Assembly (NCBI RefSeq): GCF_021028975.2
Contig: NC_059426.1
Span: forward strand, 66,340,001-66,404,000
From: Sphaerodactylus townsendi
Taxonomy: Eukaryota
Direction of reading: 5' to 3'
Length of the DNA: 64,000 nt
This document shows, piece by piece, positions 27,750 to 42,700 of this stretch. A program made the position numbers and the translations under genes. Positions within the stretch are counted from its first letter, which is position 1; each line of letters starts with the position of its first letter. Below the pieces are notes generated by a model. That model did no database searches, had not been told where the DNA came from, and was given only the letters and a program-made list of their open reading frames with translations.

Positions 27750-30700
27750 CTAGGAGCTGGACGACATTTCCTCTTCAGGGGGGCTAGAGGACTGCACTGG
27801 AGCACCTGACTCTTCGGCAAGGCCTAGCTCTGTATCCATCTGTTCCAGCTCCCTCTGATCAAGCAGCTCGAAGTCGTCAGCTTCTTCCTCCTCTTCTGGC
27901 AGAGAGGCTGCCCCCACCTCCTCGCTTTCAGACAACTGGGCTTGGAAGCTCAGTCTCTCCTCGGGCTCAGAGGGCAGGAACTCAGACAGAGAAGGCCCCT
28001 CGCTCTCCTCGGAGGAGCGAAGCAGAGCTGACAAGGTGTTCTGTACCACTGTGCTGATGGCTGTGGTGACTATCTCTTGGCTGAGCGAATCAATGTGCAG
28101 CCCCAGGCCCTGCGCAGAGACAGTCTGGGGCTCTGCAATGCCTCCCACCATTGCCTGCCCATTTCCATTGAAGTGTGTATTTACAAAGTGCAGGGGCGAG
28201 GCCAGGCACAAGATAGATGTGTCCGAGCTCCCAACTGCTGCAGCTTCTTCCTCAGCAGAGTCCAGCTGATCGGCAGCTTGGGCAGGCACTGCAAAGCTGT
28301 CTTCCTCACTAGGTGGTTGCAAGTCTCTGGAATGGAATTCTTCCACAGAGGGGAACTCTGCCAGGTCCTTAGAGAAGGCCTCTTCTGGCTCACTGGGCAG
28401 GCTCTGCTGATCCAGATCTGGAAAGCACACCAGACATTAGCAAGGAAACAACCTCCAACATGCTGGAAGGTCCTCTTCTGGTCATTCCCCCTGCCCCCTC
28501 CATATGCATGCACGCACACACACCAACACACACACCATGATCCCATTCTAGTTTACCTCTGCCTTTCATTCTCCATTAACACAAAGAAAGTTGGCCTTAT
28601 TTTTTCTTACCCTCTTTTGAAGGCCCTGCAAGATAAAGCACTCCCCAAAACCAGTCAATCACTGTATGCTACAAAATACAAGCCCAGCTTGAAATTGCCA
28701 AACACCCTGATGACCCTCCTGCAGCCTGGCTTACTAACTCTGCCTCCCTTGGTAGGACACAGTTACCAGCTCTACTTCATATGTCATCATGTGGCACTGG
28801 ACAGTGATGAATTAGGAATGGAGAAGCCTGGGTTCAAATTTCCACTGCCATGAAGTTCACTGGATGACTTGGGAGAGTCAGCCTAACCTACCTCACAGGG
28901 TTGTTAGGAAGATAAAATGGGAAGGGAAGGGCTGCATACATGATTCTGAGCTCCTAGGAGGAAGGGAGGGATAAAAATGAGATAAATTATTCTCACCTAC
29001 ACCAACCTAGTATCAAAATGGCAAAGAGACTGGCCTACCAATCAAAACCCCTGATCTGAATCGCCCTTTCCAAGAATTCACTAGTTGGTCTTGGACATGC
29101 TATTTTCTCCCAGACTGAGCATCGACTACTCATTGCAGTATGGAAATACTATTTCCTTACAAAACATGTTAATGCTCTACATGCAGACATTACCTGTAGT
29201 CATTCAACCAGCTCCTCCAGTGAGGCTCTGCCAGTGAACACCTGGCAGTCGGTTGCTGCTGGTGTATAAGGCACCACATTACTACTACCTAATGCACCTC
29301 TATTTAGTACTGGTGTGCTAGCGGCTGTACAGAACACAGTCCGTTTCTTCTTCAAATGTTTACAGTTTGTTTCTATGTTGGGTTTCCAGGACAGAAGATG
29401 GAAGGAAGACATGGCAGCTTGAAATATTAACAGATGTACAATAAATCAGGTAGCAACAAGCTGGTATATAAAAATAAGGCTAAGATGATTTTTTTTGCTT
29501 TAAAAAGGGCCTTCTTGGCTCAAGAATATGCAAGCAGCTATATCACCTTCTGTCCTAAATTGTTGCAACACAGTAAGGATTACCTGAAGAACTGAAAATA
29601 GTCAGACAACTGTGGCAGCAACTGTCCTGAACTGAATTTCCATTCTCTCTTCCAGCCCAAGAGGTACTGGGTCTTTGACGCTAGAAGACTGCATCCTTCG
29701 TGCTCTAGTTCCAAACTTTCCAGTGCCCCACAAAAGAACCCAATTAAAACCCTATCACACAGGATGACTCTTGAGTTAAGAGACATTTACGTTTTTGGCA
29801 GTAAGAAAAAAAGCACCTTCAGACACATCAGTCAGCTGTGGTGTGGTTGCTCTGGAGACAGTGAAGCCTCCGCTCTCCAGGATGGAAGCTTCCTCATCTG
29901 AAAGTTCAGAGTCTGTAATTGCCAGGGCCAGTGCTGTCTTCTTCACATCTACCTGCATGCAGGGGAGACACAGGGAAAATATTCTTCCAAGTTCCCTGGG
30001 GGTTGTGGCAAAAAATGCCAAGGAAAAGCATTCTAACTTGAACCCACTCCTGAACAGCAACTTGCTAGAGCCACACAGTTCCCCGTTGCAAAGGCAGAAT
30101 ACACCAGGCCCTGCAAACAAGCCCTTCATCTCAGGATCATCTGGGGGAAGACATAGTTCATGGGACTGAAGCTCCAGCTCATCATGTGTCCCTGCTGTTG
30201 CCCTTACCACTGGAGAATAACCAGACAGTTCTGCTTCACTCTCACTTTCTGTCTCAGCCATTGGCTCACTGCCAGCTTCCGGTTCATTCTTTCCTTGACG
30301 TTCTGTGGGGGAGGGAAAAGAAGAAATGCTTTATGCGGCAGCAGTGGGGTTAGTCTTCTGGAGAGAGTGCCTGGAGAAGGGCTTATTAGAAGTACCATGA
30401 GGCTGGCACTCTCTGATGGCAACTGTCTCAGTGCAGCTCAATGTCCATCCAGCCCCCTACCACCACCATCCACCAGGCCTCTTTATGCCATTCTTACTTG
30501 CCGAGCTCCTCCCCACAACTTCCAAGAAGGAGAAAGCCACAGACTTACTTTTCTTTTCATGTTTGAGATGCAAAGTCTCCACCTTCATGCTGTAGTCCAG
30601 TTTCATCAGGATGGGCTCCAAACGTGTATACATTCTCTGAATAAGCTCGTGATACACCACCAGAGGCCACAACAAGATGCTGAGCACTGGAGAGATGAAA

Positions 30701-33700
30701 AAAGCCCAGAGAATGTTAGAAAGACATCAGCCTTGTGGCAAAAGATGATCAGCATGGTTTTTAACTTCAAGGCTGCTTCCACCCACACACACACACAGTG
30801 GTTCCCACTGCCCAGCCCCCCAGCTACTTGTTAGGCTGAGTAACTTGCCAAGCCACCCAAACTGTCAAACAGCATTCTGGAAACAACAGCAGTCAAAACA
30901 TAAAACAAAAAAGCACCCCCTGGCCTGGACAGTCTAAAGTTCAGTTCAGGTATCATGAACCAACTGGAGCTTTTTCGCAAAAAGCATGAACTTGTCAGGC
31001 TCGTGCCTGCCCATTCTCACTCTTCCCGTTGCACAGTATGCCAAGACTGAAGAAAAATTGTTTAAAAGTTTTTAGTTATCCATACAGGAGCCTTAGATTT
31101 GGGTTATATCATTCCCAGTAATACGGATTCTTAACCACAGTTTAGCAATGGTGTTAAAGCTTTAACCCCTTCATTACTACATCTTCAGAGCAGGGTTGTT
31201 GTTTTTTACATACGCTATCAACGTGTCGTTTCATGGAGAAACAGAAAGGGAATTGTGTTATATGCTTTTATTTCTTTCACGCAAATCTGATACAGAAAAT
31301 TTCTGGACACAATCCTAGCAGTGTATAAAAGAACTTTGTCAAATCAAATATTTAGTTAACAGAGACAAAGAAGGGTCCAGTGGTACTCACAGACAATGTA
31401 GGAGATCATGATTCCTGGAACATAGTGTCCTACCACAGCTAAGCTCAAGCATCCTGAGCAGACCCTGGCACAGAACTGTAAGAATAAGGCAACAGGGACA
31501 GAAGAGAAACAAATGCTCAGTAAGATGAGGCATTCTTAGGATACCCAGAACAGAAAACTCAGCAATGGTTTATATTGGAGATGCTTTCACATCTCCAGAA
31601 CTGAGTTTAAGCAACAACTGTACTTTATCCTTATTGTTATTTTATGTGCTTTATGGGTACATTGCACCCAATCTGTTGATTACCAGTCCGTTAAAATGCA
31701 ATGTTGCTGGGCAACATGTCCAACAAACCTCGAGGAAGGTAATTAAAATTAAGAAGTTGAACAAACACAGATGGGAGGGGAGAGAACAGCAAACCAACAA
31801 CCCAGAAGTAACCGCCAAATGGATAACTCCACAATCGAAATAGCCCAAATGGCAGTTTGATGGTACTCTCAGCACTTAGAAAGGCATCTTCTCCAAGATT
31901 CTTGCCAACAGAAGTGACGGAGATTTGCCTATAGGTAAAGAGTAGTAAAAAAAACCTGTGCATATCTTTCAAAAGTCTACCTGCACATTTGGCTTCTAAT
32001 ATATATTGGGTAAGGCAAAGTTCATTCCTCCAAGAACAGGCTGTGATCAGTCTGTAGAGAAGACTTTACAAGCCCTGTTCAAACATGCATCAGATTCTAT
32101 AGCAAAGAAACCCAAACCTCCAAATAAGGATGAAAGTACAAGTCACTGTAGAGCTGTGGATGGGCTAGTAGCCGTGGGTCTGCTGTATCTGTTCTGGATG
32201 CTTTCTTGAGAAATATACTGAGAACAGCTGAAGCAGTTTGTATCTTTTTCTAGGGTGAACTCTTTGGTCCAGCATCAGTCTCCATATTTTATTTCTACAG
32301 TGTTACAAGATCACAACTGTACATCAGGATCACTATTTGAGGCACTGTTGTTGCACTGTGTGTAAACACAGTTGCAGAATACATGTTTTTTATCCTTACA
32401 CAGAAGTAACAACTCTGCAGGAAAAATCGCCAAGGCAAAGAATCCTGAATGCTTACAGCAAGTACACATTATCTAACTTTCTCTTTTGTGCCACACCCCA
32501 AAAAGAGAACACGGGGAATATTTTCTCTGAAACAGCCACATTCTTTTCCTGAGGGAATCCCTATAGATTTCCAGCTTACCTTGGCAGGATTTTGCCTCTT
32601 GTACTGTAATAGCTCCTGCAAATATAGCCTGAATGTAATCCAGCTCTCAGCCAGGCAATGACAGAGCTCTGGGACACTCAGCAAGTGAGGCTGTGCTCCT
32701 GCCATCTCACTGTAACTACGGAAACAAAAAATAGTGTTAATGGAACATGTTCAGAAGGGGCCCTGCTGTACTATGGCTAGAAGCAAAGACACTCCATTTC
32801 CATAATATCCAATTAAGACTCACAGGGAGGGATCTCAGCAGCAATGTTATCTAATAGTTGCATTGCACTCTGCCTGCAAACTATTTTCTATGTTATGGTA
32901 CATCATGGCTTAGGTAGGGTTCTGTTTTATTTGTCTGCATTAATTCTGTGATCTTAATTCTACTGTGTTTATGGGCTATCTTAAGTTTGAAGCTCCACTC
33001 TGCCATAAAGCTTCTGCGTGGCCTTGGGTCGGTCACTCAACATAACCTACCTCACAGGATTGTTGTTAGGCTGATAAAATGGAGGAGGGGTACATGATGG
33101 TGTAAGCTCTTTTGGCCCTCACTGGAGAGAAAAGGACGGTCTAAATATCTTATTAAATAAAAAATAAATATGGAAGTACGGAGCCATTTTGAGTGAGCTG
33201 GGGGTACAAGGGCAGCAGGAGAAAGCTCCCTGAAAACTAAAGCAGAAACAAGCCTACCTGTCTCCTCCAGGCTCCTCCAAGGGCTGTGCTGTAGGAGAAA
33301 AACAAAGACCATCCTTCAGCCAACTGATAAAGGAAACGTGATAGTTGTAATGCTCAGAGTATATATTACTAGAAGTCTGGGCTGGCAACTGTTCTGTGTG
33401 TACACACCAGGAAGAGCAACAGAGTCTTGGCTTTGCAGCTGTAGACAGCACAAGGGCTGTGAGAAAAGGTAAGCCATTCTTTGAAAAGTGTCTGAAGCAT
33501 TACTTCAATGTCAAGAAAAGCCCACACACTTATGTACCATCAGCCACAGACAAACTGAATAAGTGTACACTAAATAAGAGTTTCAATATTTTGAGACAGA
33601 TTTCAAACACAGCAAAGGCCAGTTTGGCTGATGCTCAGCTATCTGCTAGCTGAGGGCCAGAGGATCACATGCTAAGTGTAAAAGCAAAATCTTCACTGGC

Positions 33701-36700
33701 TTTTCCATAAGCAACTACCAAGCAGCGAGGAGCTGGCAAATCTACAAGACACAACAGGGCTTTGGGCAGAGTTTGTTTTTGATACAATTGTTTTTTAATG
33801 GCATGTATCCAGCTCTTGTAGTTGACACAACATGAAAATATTACAGGGTATACGGAAAGCTCTAGTACACCGAAATGAGTTTCTATGACCTATACTTCTA
33901 CAATCTCAGGTCTCTCCTATCCAGATACTTCACCAGATGCGTCTCATTTTACCAAACCATTCAAAGAGGTGATGATTCTGTAAAAAAGACTTGAACTGAT
34001 TCAGATATATTCCAGAACTGGGAAAGTTCTGTTAAATAAATTTGTATATTTACCGTCAAATCCAAATCTAGGTGCAGGACTGCAAGAGTGTTCTAGCTGC
34101 ATAAACTGGATGGCTCAACCCAGATTATGAGTAAACCCTGGCTTTGCAAAATCAATCAGAGAAATACCATAAAGAGTGCTTTGCAGTTTGAATCTGCATT
34201 TTGCCAATTTTCAATATGACTAAATTGAGAATTCCGAGCCCTTCAGATTTTATTATCTGATGACATGGCAAACAACATTTCATTGGTTGCACACTGTACC
34301 TACAAACTACAGGGCAAACCAACTTAATGCTCCTCTCTTGGCCAAAGATACGGAGCTGACAGGCTGATAAATAGTGCACTGGAGCAGTGAAAAGAAATCT
34401 TGTTAAGTCCATGACCCAGATTCCAGGCAATCAGGTCTGACGCAGGCAGCCAACCACAGACTCTTTCTGCCAACATGAACTGTGGTGGGCATTCAGGAAT
34501 TGCAGCAACCACCACTTACACAAGACACCTTGAGTTCATTATGTCAATTTGAAGAGATACAACTTTTTATGTAGCAGTTTGGCTATCATGGCAGTTTGCT
34601 ACAGCTACTAACTCATTGGCTTATGATTCCCTGGTGTAGAGTGTTGCTTAATTTCTTTCACAGGCTATAAGAAGAAACCTAGCAGCATTAGCAAGGTCCA
34701 GCAAGTAAATGCACTTTTGGCCCCTTCATATACAAGGGGGTGACCTTTCATATTTGATAAAACTACTAGGTTAAGTCATGCAAGCCACATCACATAATAT
34801 GACTAGAATCTAACCTAGATGGTGAAGGCAAGAATGCAGTTTCTATTTTGAACTTAGTTTTGGAACAGCCCAACAGTCTGCCTCTCTGTTGATTTAAAAT
34901 TTAAAAAAGCTAGAGGGTATTTTCCTTTAGCAGGTCAGTTAATGGAGTTTGGAGAGGGACCTGTACTAAATTCTCAGAGAAATCCTGAAAAATTATCCAA
35001 GGCCACTGTGGCTGACCAATTGTTTTGTGTGTTGAAGCATCACTGCAACTCTGCTTGCAACTGACAACTGAATGGAGCATCCTCAGCTCAGGTAATTGTA
35101 AACATGAATTCAAGGCCTCCAGATCATATCAGGGACACAACTGCTCTAGAAGGCAGTTCTTTAATGCAGGCAGGCTAAAGCAAAGGTTCATGGTGAAGAA
35201 CAGAAGAGAACCATTGGTGCCTTTGCATTGTTGTGTAGCATGCGGTTGCCAAATGTGGTAACAGTGACACATGGAAAATAGAATCCCTCTGATAGCAGCC
35301 AGAAGCGTAGCTGGACAGTAGAGACTCATTGGCCAAGAGTAAACAAAGTGTACCCATAGTACTGCCAATAAAAGATCAGATTAGTAAGGCTACATTGTTT
35401 CCTAAGTACTGCTTGACCCAAGGCATCTGATGTCTCCCCTTTTAAGTCATTCTTAGACATAATAGTGTTCAGGGTATGACAGCCATGCTCACAAAGCCAA
35501 AAATTCACTCTCTAAAAGATCTTGTGCTTAGCTTCTTCTCTGCACAATCAATTTTCAGAAACACACTGCTGAGTGGCATCACATCCACTGTTTGGGGAAG
35601 GTTTCTCCTCACCCTGCAACCTCATAAGCTTCTTACAGTCAGGCCTCCGTCATGATTGTCTGGTTCTCAACAAATACCCAGAGGCTTCATTAAAGACTAT
35701 TCTACGACAGCTACAACAGCAGGCAAACATACAGCATCTGCATGGTGAGCTCACCAAGAGCATATTTTGAGGAGGGTATGAAAGAGAAGGGGTGATAGAC
35801 CTAGATTACATTGCTGTTCAGTTCTCAAACATTCATAATAGCAACCCAATTAATCCACCATCTGTTAAGATGCGGATGCAATCATTTTCATTGTCCTTAT
35901 AAACTGCTTCAAAAGTTATTATTCATACAGAAGTCATTACACTTCATCTTGCTTCAGTCACACAAGGTTTCCCACTCAGCTCTCTTCTGCTTGCATAAGC
36001 CAGCTCTAACATACAGATGCACCATTAGCCTAGTTCTATAAAATCGTCCTTCTTCAAGATACAAGACTATATCAAAGTTAAGATGACGTGGAATAGGCAT
36101 ACAAATTCTGCCTGGTTTCCAGTGCCTTTAGGATTGGATAGTGAAGGAGTGCACCACTTTGTATAGAACAGAGGTGTCAACTGGCCATGTTGGCAAGGAC
36201 TGATGGGAATTGTAGTCCATGAACACCTGGGGCACCAGAGTTGAACACCTCTGGTATAGAACAAAAGGGATGGGGGACCTGAACAATCTCCTAAAGCAGC
36301 AAAGATTAGCCAATTGCCTCTAGTAGGGAGTATTTTGGTTCTCAGCAGTTTCCCATACAAACTGGCTACAGCAGTGCAAACCAGCAAAAATTCACTGGTT
36401 CTCTATTTAAAAGAGGCAAATTTTGGCTATAAACCATCTTAAGGGGCCAACAGCTGTTTACCCAGTAGGCAGTTATCCACCAATCAATGTGGCAGTTCCA
36501 AGGTAGGAGGAAACAGTATCCCATTTTTGTAAATGGCTTGATTGGTTGAGTGATGTCTCTCCCGAGTGGGCAGACAGCTATGGACTGTACTAGTAACAGA
36601 ATGAGAATCAACAGCATGAGAAGCAACAAAAACTGTTCTTGCTCAGACGACATACAGTATTTCTCTTATTTGCGTAACTATCAGTACCCACACTTACCTG

Positions 36701-39700
36701 AGAAATCCAGCAGGAAACGAGGCTTCCATCTCTCCAATAACAGAAAACCAATGAGGGCAACACTCAGGAGGAACAGTGGACGCAGTGAAGTAGAAGAAAA
36801 CAACCTGGAATATCATAGGGACAGAAACCTGCATTAACTGGAGGCTACTGGCAAGGAATCATAACTCACCTTAATGATTAAGCTGCCTTTGATGATGGCT
36901 CAGAAACTTTAGCTGGTTTAGCAATATGACTGACAAACTGAGAACTGAGAATTGCTGTAGGGAACATGCTTCCACAACTGTGAAAGAATTTCACTGGCTT
37001 ATTTGTTTATTGGGGTTTTATCCCACTCCCCCTGACACAATAGGCTCAGAGCTGTTTCCAACATTGTTCAATAAAATCTGTGTGATCTACTGTGATGACT
37101 AAAAACCCAACCAAGGGTGGAACAATTTAAACTTAAAACATCCCATTCACCCGCAACCTCCATACTACACAACCAACCCAAGAACAGTAGTGAAGGGAGG
37201 CCAGCCAAGATAGATCCCCATTCCTGCCTCAACTATTGGCTTGGCGGAACAGCTCCATCTTATAAACCAATTGGAACTGAAATTAATCCCACAGGGCCCT
37301 GGTCTCATTAGGCGATATGGTCCACAAGGCTCTGGCTCTAGTCAAGGATATTTTCAGGCCGGGAATCACCAGCAGATTATTGTTGGCAGAGCATAACCCA
37401 CTTTGGGGGACATATTGAGAGAGGCAGTCCCACAGGTATGATAGTCCCAGACCTTTTAGGGCTTTACATATCAATACTAGGACCTTGAACCTGATTCAGT
37501 ATTTCACCTGGAGCCAATGCTACTGATAGAGTACTGGTTTCCATGGAGTACCAGAAAGGATTCATGCAGCTGCATTTTGTATCAGCTGGAGTTTCCAGAT
37601 TAGTTCCAAAGAGTAGTTCCTGCATAGAGTGAGTGATAGTAATCCATACTGGAGGTGATATTTATTCTGAATGGATCACCATGGCTAGGTCACAATGAGA
37701 TGGGTAGGGTGCCAACTGCCTGACCTGGCTACTTTTGTGACCTGGGCCTCCACAGAAAGGGAGGCATCTAGGCTTTTGACTGACGGCTTGTCAACTGCAC
37801 ACCTCCTACAGCTGCATCCCACCTCCAAATCTCCCTGATCCAGCCACAGGACCTCTGCTTTTCCTGGATTTAATTTGCTTCTAGTTTGTTTTTGAGCAAA
37901 CAGTGCAAAGTTAGCCTACAAAAGTCTAGGAAGGGGGGTACTGCTTGCTCCCAAATGCACCCAACTTCCAATTAAGCCTTTTGGCAGAAGCCATTTTTGA
38001 AGCACCTCTGCCTGTTGCGGCTAGGCTGGAAGTTACCGTTAGGCTATGGTGGCACTGCCATTAGGGAAGGAGTTCTACAGTAAGCTTGCCCAGTACCTAC
38101 ATGAACATTATGTAGGCATCTAGATGAAATCTGTCCTGCTTACCTGTGAGTAGCGCCATATACAGAGGCAAGCTCATCCACATTTTTGTAATTCCGTTTA
38201 TGAAATTATTTTACTCATAACTCTTTCTAAAGCAAGTGCCTAGCCTTAGTGGTTGCAAAGACAGGTTTTTAAATGTCTGGTGCAGTCTCAGAACCCAAAG
38301 GGGAGAGACTGCTAAAGCTTCAGAGTACTGAACAGCTTCTTGCATCTCCTCATCAAAAATAAACTTTGTGAAGCAGGCACCATGCCTAGTATATATGTTT
38401 TATAGGATCCAGTGTTTCTTACTGCAGCATTTTGATTTTATTTTTTGCAAGGCCATTCTACAGGCCTAACAGATGCATGCTAGACATATTGAGCATATTA
38501 AGAATGTGTCAAATAGGAAGTTAGCCTTTTTGTATACCAATACTTTGATTAACCTGTTATACCTTAGTACAATCCCAGTTGAATTCTAAACCCCATTACT
38601 ACTGGTTATAAAACATTCTGTATAATGTAACAAAACCTATTTATTTTAAATATACTGGGAAGGGTCCCAGGAGAGGCAGCATAGAAAGTTTCCAAATAAA
38701 TACATAAATAAATGTTACCATTATTCCTATCCTACGAGGAAAACTAAGCTAAAAAATAGCAATTTTATAAAGTCGCAAGCATGTCTAAATCATTGGAAAG
38801 GTTTCAACTCTGTTGTTAGAAGTCCTAGCTAAGCTAAATTAGTGCTACAGCAATCTCTTGTAACAAATCCTGAAGAATATTTTAAGCAGTTATCTTTATA
38901 TTTTCAAGGTCTAAGCTCAACATAATCCACAAGACCTCACTGTGAGCAAAATTTAAAGACTTTGTACAGTTATGGTTGAAAGATTTTCAGCCACCCAGTA
39001 ATCGCTAGAGCAGGGGTGTCCAACTCTAGCACCCCAGATGGACTATGATTCCCATCAGTCCCTGCCAGCATGGCCAATAGTCCATGAACATCTGGGGCGC
39101 CAGAGTTGGACACCCATGCACTAGAGCCTTGTCATGAGGGGCACCAAAACTGCAATGCTACCAGTTTTCCAAGCCTGGGTACATCAGGCCTGGAGAACAT
39201 ACTTTATTTTTAAAATATGGACAAATCTTTCTAGCAGCATCATATTGGCATCTATACTATTGGAGTCCTCTATTGTTAGCTATTAATAACCAACAACACA
39301 GACATTGCAGTAGCATGACTGGAGATGTCAGAACAACATTTGCCATATAAAAGTATGCTGAACTTTCCATCCTTATTATAGATTTGGGTTTCTAAAATCG
39401 TATCTCCTAGACATGTACTGCTAATCCATGTACGGCTCCAGCGTCTGAATCTGCTTTGCTGACAGTCAGTTCATTGTCTGTAAGAGTAAACAGGATGTTT
39501 TCTCTTTCCAATATGCTGCTGGACTCTGCTACTTAGATTTGTCAAATGTTGCTGTGCCCACAACAGCAGGGTAATAAGCAGAAAAGAAGGAATGTGCTAA
39601 CACCTCAATTTTCCACAACTACAGGCTTAACAGAGGCTCCACTGGCAAAGGGCAACAGGCAATTTGTATGGCTTACTCCTAGCTGGTACACTGCCAGTTA

Positions 39701-42700
39701 CTAAGCTACCAAATCCAAACTGGGAATGTGTGTGAACCATGTGGCTCCTATTCAGTGAGTACACAATATCTAACTAGAAACACTCCTGGGCAAACCTCCA
39801 GTTATCTGCAGCTGCTAGTAGTAGCTCTCGTTTATCACAGGCCAAGTCCTGGAAGCACTCTTGGCACTACCCAAGCATCAGGAAGAGGTCTGTTTATACT
39901 TTGAGAGTAAAGCAGGAAGGTTACTTAAGGCTATACCAAGACCACTTCACATTTTACATCCTACTACACTCATTTTTAAATCAAGCTCAATTACTGTAGG
40001 ACTTGTCTTCCCCAATGTAAAGACCTCTTTGGTCCACATGGGGCTGCTTACTCTGCACTTGCGATGGAGCAACAGACAATATCATTTATTGAGACAAATT
40101 TCAAGCAGGTGACACAGCTAACTTCCCAGGCAGCTTAATTTATGTCTTTCTGAAGGGGGCATATGCAGTGGTGGGATCCAAAAATTTTAGTAACAGGTTC
40201 CCATGGTGGTGGGATTCAAACTGTGGCGTAGCATCAATGGGGCTGGGCATGATGGGGGCGTGGCTGGGCATTCCTGGGCGGGGCATTCCTGGGTGGGGCT
40301 GTGGCAAGGGGCGCTTGGCAGCCGCTGTGCCGGTCCTTGGGCAGGAAACGAATGCACGCAGGCGCAGGCTGCCACGCACGCCGGTGCACCTCCTGCTAGA
40401 CTGCTTCAAGTTCTGCACGCTACTGCTGAGAGGAGGGGCGTAACTAAGGCAAAAATCACGTGGCAAAATCACCAATTAGTAACCCCCTCTTGGCACACAT
40501 AAATAATTAGTAACCTACTCTTGGGAACCTGGGAGAACCTGCTGGATCCCACCTCTGGGCATATGGCTCTGTTTTATAGCACGTACTTTTCATGCAGAAT
40601 ATCCCATGTTCAATCATTGGCATCTCTTTCCAACGTACTATTGGACTCCGCTACTTAAATTTGTTAAATGTTAGTGCCTACAACAGCAGCATAAGCAGAA
40701 AGGAAGGAGTGCGACCACAATTCACCACAACTTAAGAAGATTTCAGGGAGAAGGTCTTTGAAAAAGTTCTATTTACAACCTTGAAAAGCTGCTGCCAGTC
40801 ACAACAGATGGCACTGGGCTAGTGATGTGGATCTTCTGGGGAAATTTCTGGGATTTCTGGAAAATCTTCCATCTGAAATTTAAATACCACCTTGAGCTGG
40901 GCTCTGGTAGGGGAGGGGTGGGTATTACCTCCAATAAATAATAATAGTACATAATTTGCATGTTATCAAAAGAAGGCAACAATACCACGAATAAGACTAG
41001 ATCAGGTACAAGAACTGGGATTTGTCCATGCTTCATATCCCACATTTAGTCAATTTAACATGATTAATTTGCAACACAACAGCCCTGACAACTATAGATA
41101 AACAGAAACTATATTTATATATTCGGGTCAGAAAATTTTGCACAGAAATACAGCATTGGATAATTTCCTGGAAACTTTTCTGCCCCACTGTACGGGGCAG
41201 ATGGACTAGTCAGGCCCTTTGTGCACTTTCTGTTTGCGGCACAGCTGTGTGCTTTGCAGTGGGGTCTCTCTGCATCTCTTAATTTACACATGGCAAGGTG
41301 CCCCATGCTTTCCCAAAGCCCAGCAGCCATTTTGCCTGCTCCCTGCTTCCAGGTCAGGAGGTTGTTTGCCGCCTGATTTGTGTGTGTGTGTGTTTAAAGA
41401 TGCCATTTTCGCAATCTATTGTTCCTGAGATGGATCGAAAGTTTAAAGTTTTTTTTAAAAGAAGCCCTGTTGATCTCCCAGAAATGCTCGTGGATGAGAG
41501 GGTGAAACTGCTCCTGCGTGGGCAGGGGAAGGTTGGGAGGAGCAGAAAAGCTAAAGGAAGCAAAATGCATACTGGCCTGCTTCACTTTCCCTGCACAGGC
41601 AGGGAAAAATTGCACTTTGCCCGCTTTCACAAACTGTGAGCCTTCTCTGATCTGCAGTGCACTGAGTTCTAAAGAGAGGGACGTGCATAACTGAAAATCC
41701 AACCTGAAGGGAATGTACCCTCCATGAAAGGAGACCACAAGTGCGTAAATGGACTCAGTATAAGGAAGCTTTGTGTGACAAACAGATGTTCATATTAACA
41801 AGGGGGTGGTGATGAACATACATATTTTTCACATATTTTGGGTGAATTTCAACAATCACATACATAAGACTTTGCAAGCAGCTGATCCATTACTCCTGAC
41901 CTACAGTTTGCTCTTGAGCTATAATTAAACCTCTAGGCATTACCCTAAATCTGTTTACATGAGACACTGAAAACTGCTGAAGTGTAGTAGAAGTGCATGC
42001 AGGACTGCATCTGCCTGCAACCAAAATACTTGAAACACAACATGTGTTTTTAGACCTTTTCAATCATCTTGCAAGGGGTCAGTGCTCAACCAATTCCACC
42101 CCAACTATACAAAGAAGCAAACATGCTTCCAATGTATTCCACTGTTAAGTTCAGGTCTCATTTTTACAGACATTTCTGATTCCAAATTTAATAGACTTGT
42201 TGTGCCTCAGAATGGAACGTTTACAGTGACCTGCTCTCATTTGAAAGTCTATAAAATGTTTCACATCCCCTTTATACTTTTATCACTTCTACACAGGAGT
42301 TTCGGGTTTGTTTGGAGGACAGCAATATCAAGTATGTACTGGAATTGTTCACCTACAACCATCCATTGCCTAAAGTTGACACTGTCAGTAATGAATAGAA
42401 TTGTCAGAAAATCTAGCAGCTCTTTTCTGATGCTTGAGAAAGGCAAGAACACAAAACATAAATTACATGAAAGCCCATCTTGGTTATGTCTAAAGCTATG
42501 TGGCAAGTCATCCATACAATCCTACTCATACTCTACTCGCTAAGTTCGTAAAATCTAACCATAACAAACAGCAATTTATAATCAATGGGTAAGTCATCCA
42601 TCATAGTGTTTACAGCTGCAAGTGTTCACAGCTGCAACTTTTACTAGAGTAGGTTCCAAGCTGCAGTTTGGATCATGTCAGATGATTATACATACCTACT

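Noticed and set aside
28077-28853. 258-aa plus-strand ORF
   Set aside because: Antisense shadow of the RETREG2 last exon running into a SINE; no recognisable domain.
30160-30834. 224-aa plus-strand ORF
   Set aside because: Antisense to RETREG2 exons 6-7.
33650-36050. Possible decayed LTR/Gypsy pol remnant (YPEA- and FYW-like words)
   Set aside because: The short motifs fall on opposite strands with no continuous frame; it needs a profile search.
42082-42543. 153-aa ORF or old transposon remnant in RETREG2 intron 1
   Set aside because: No family could be recognised and there is no splice support.
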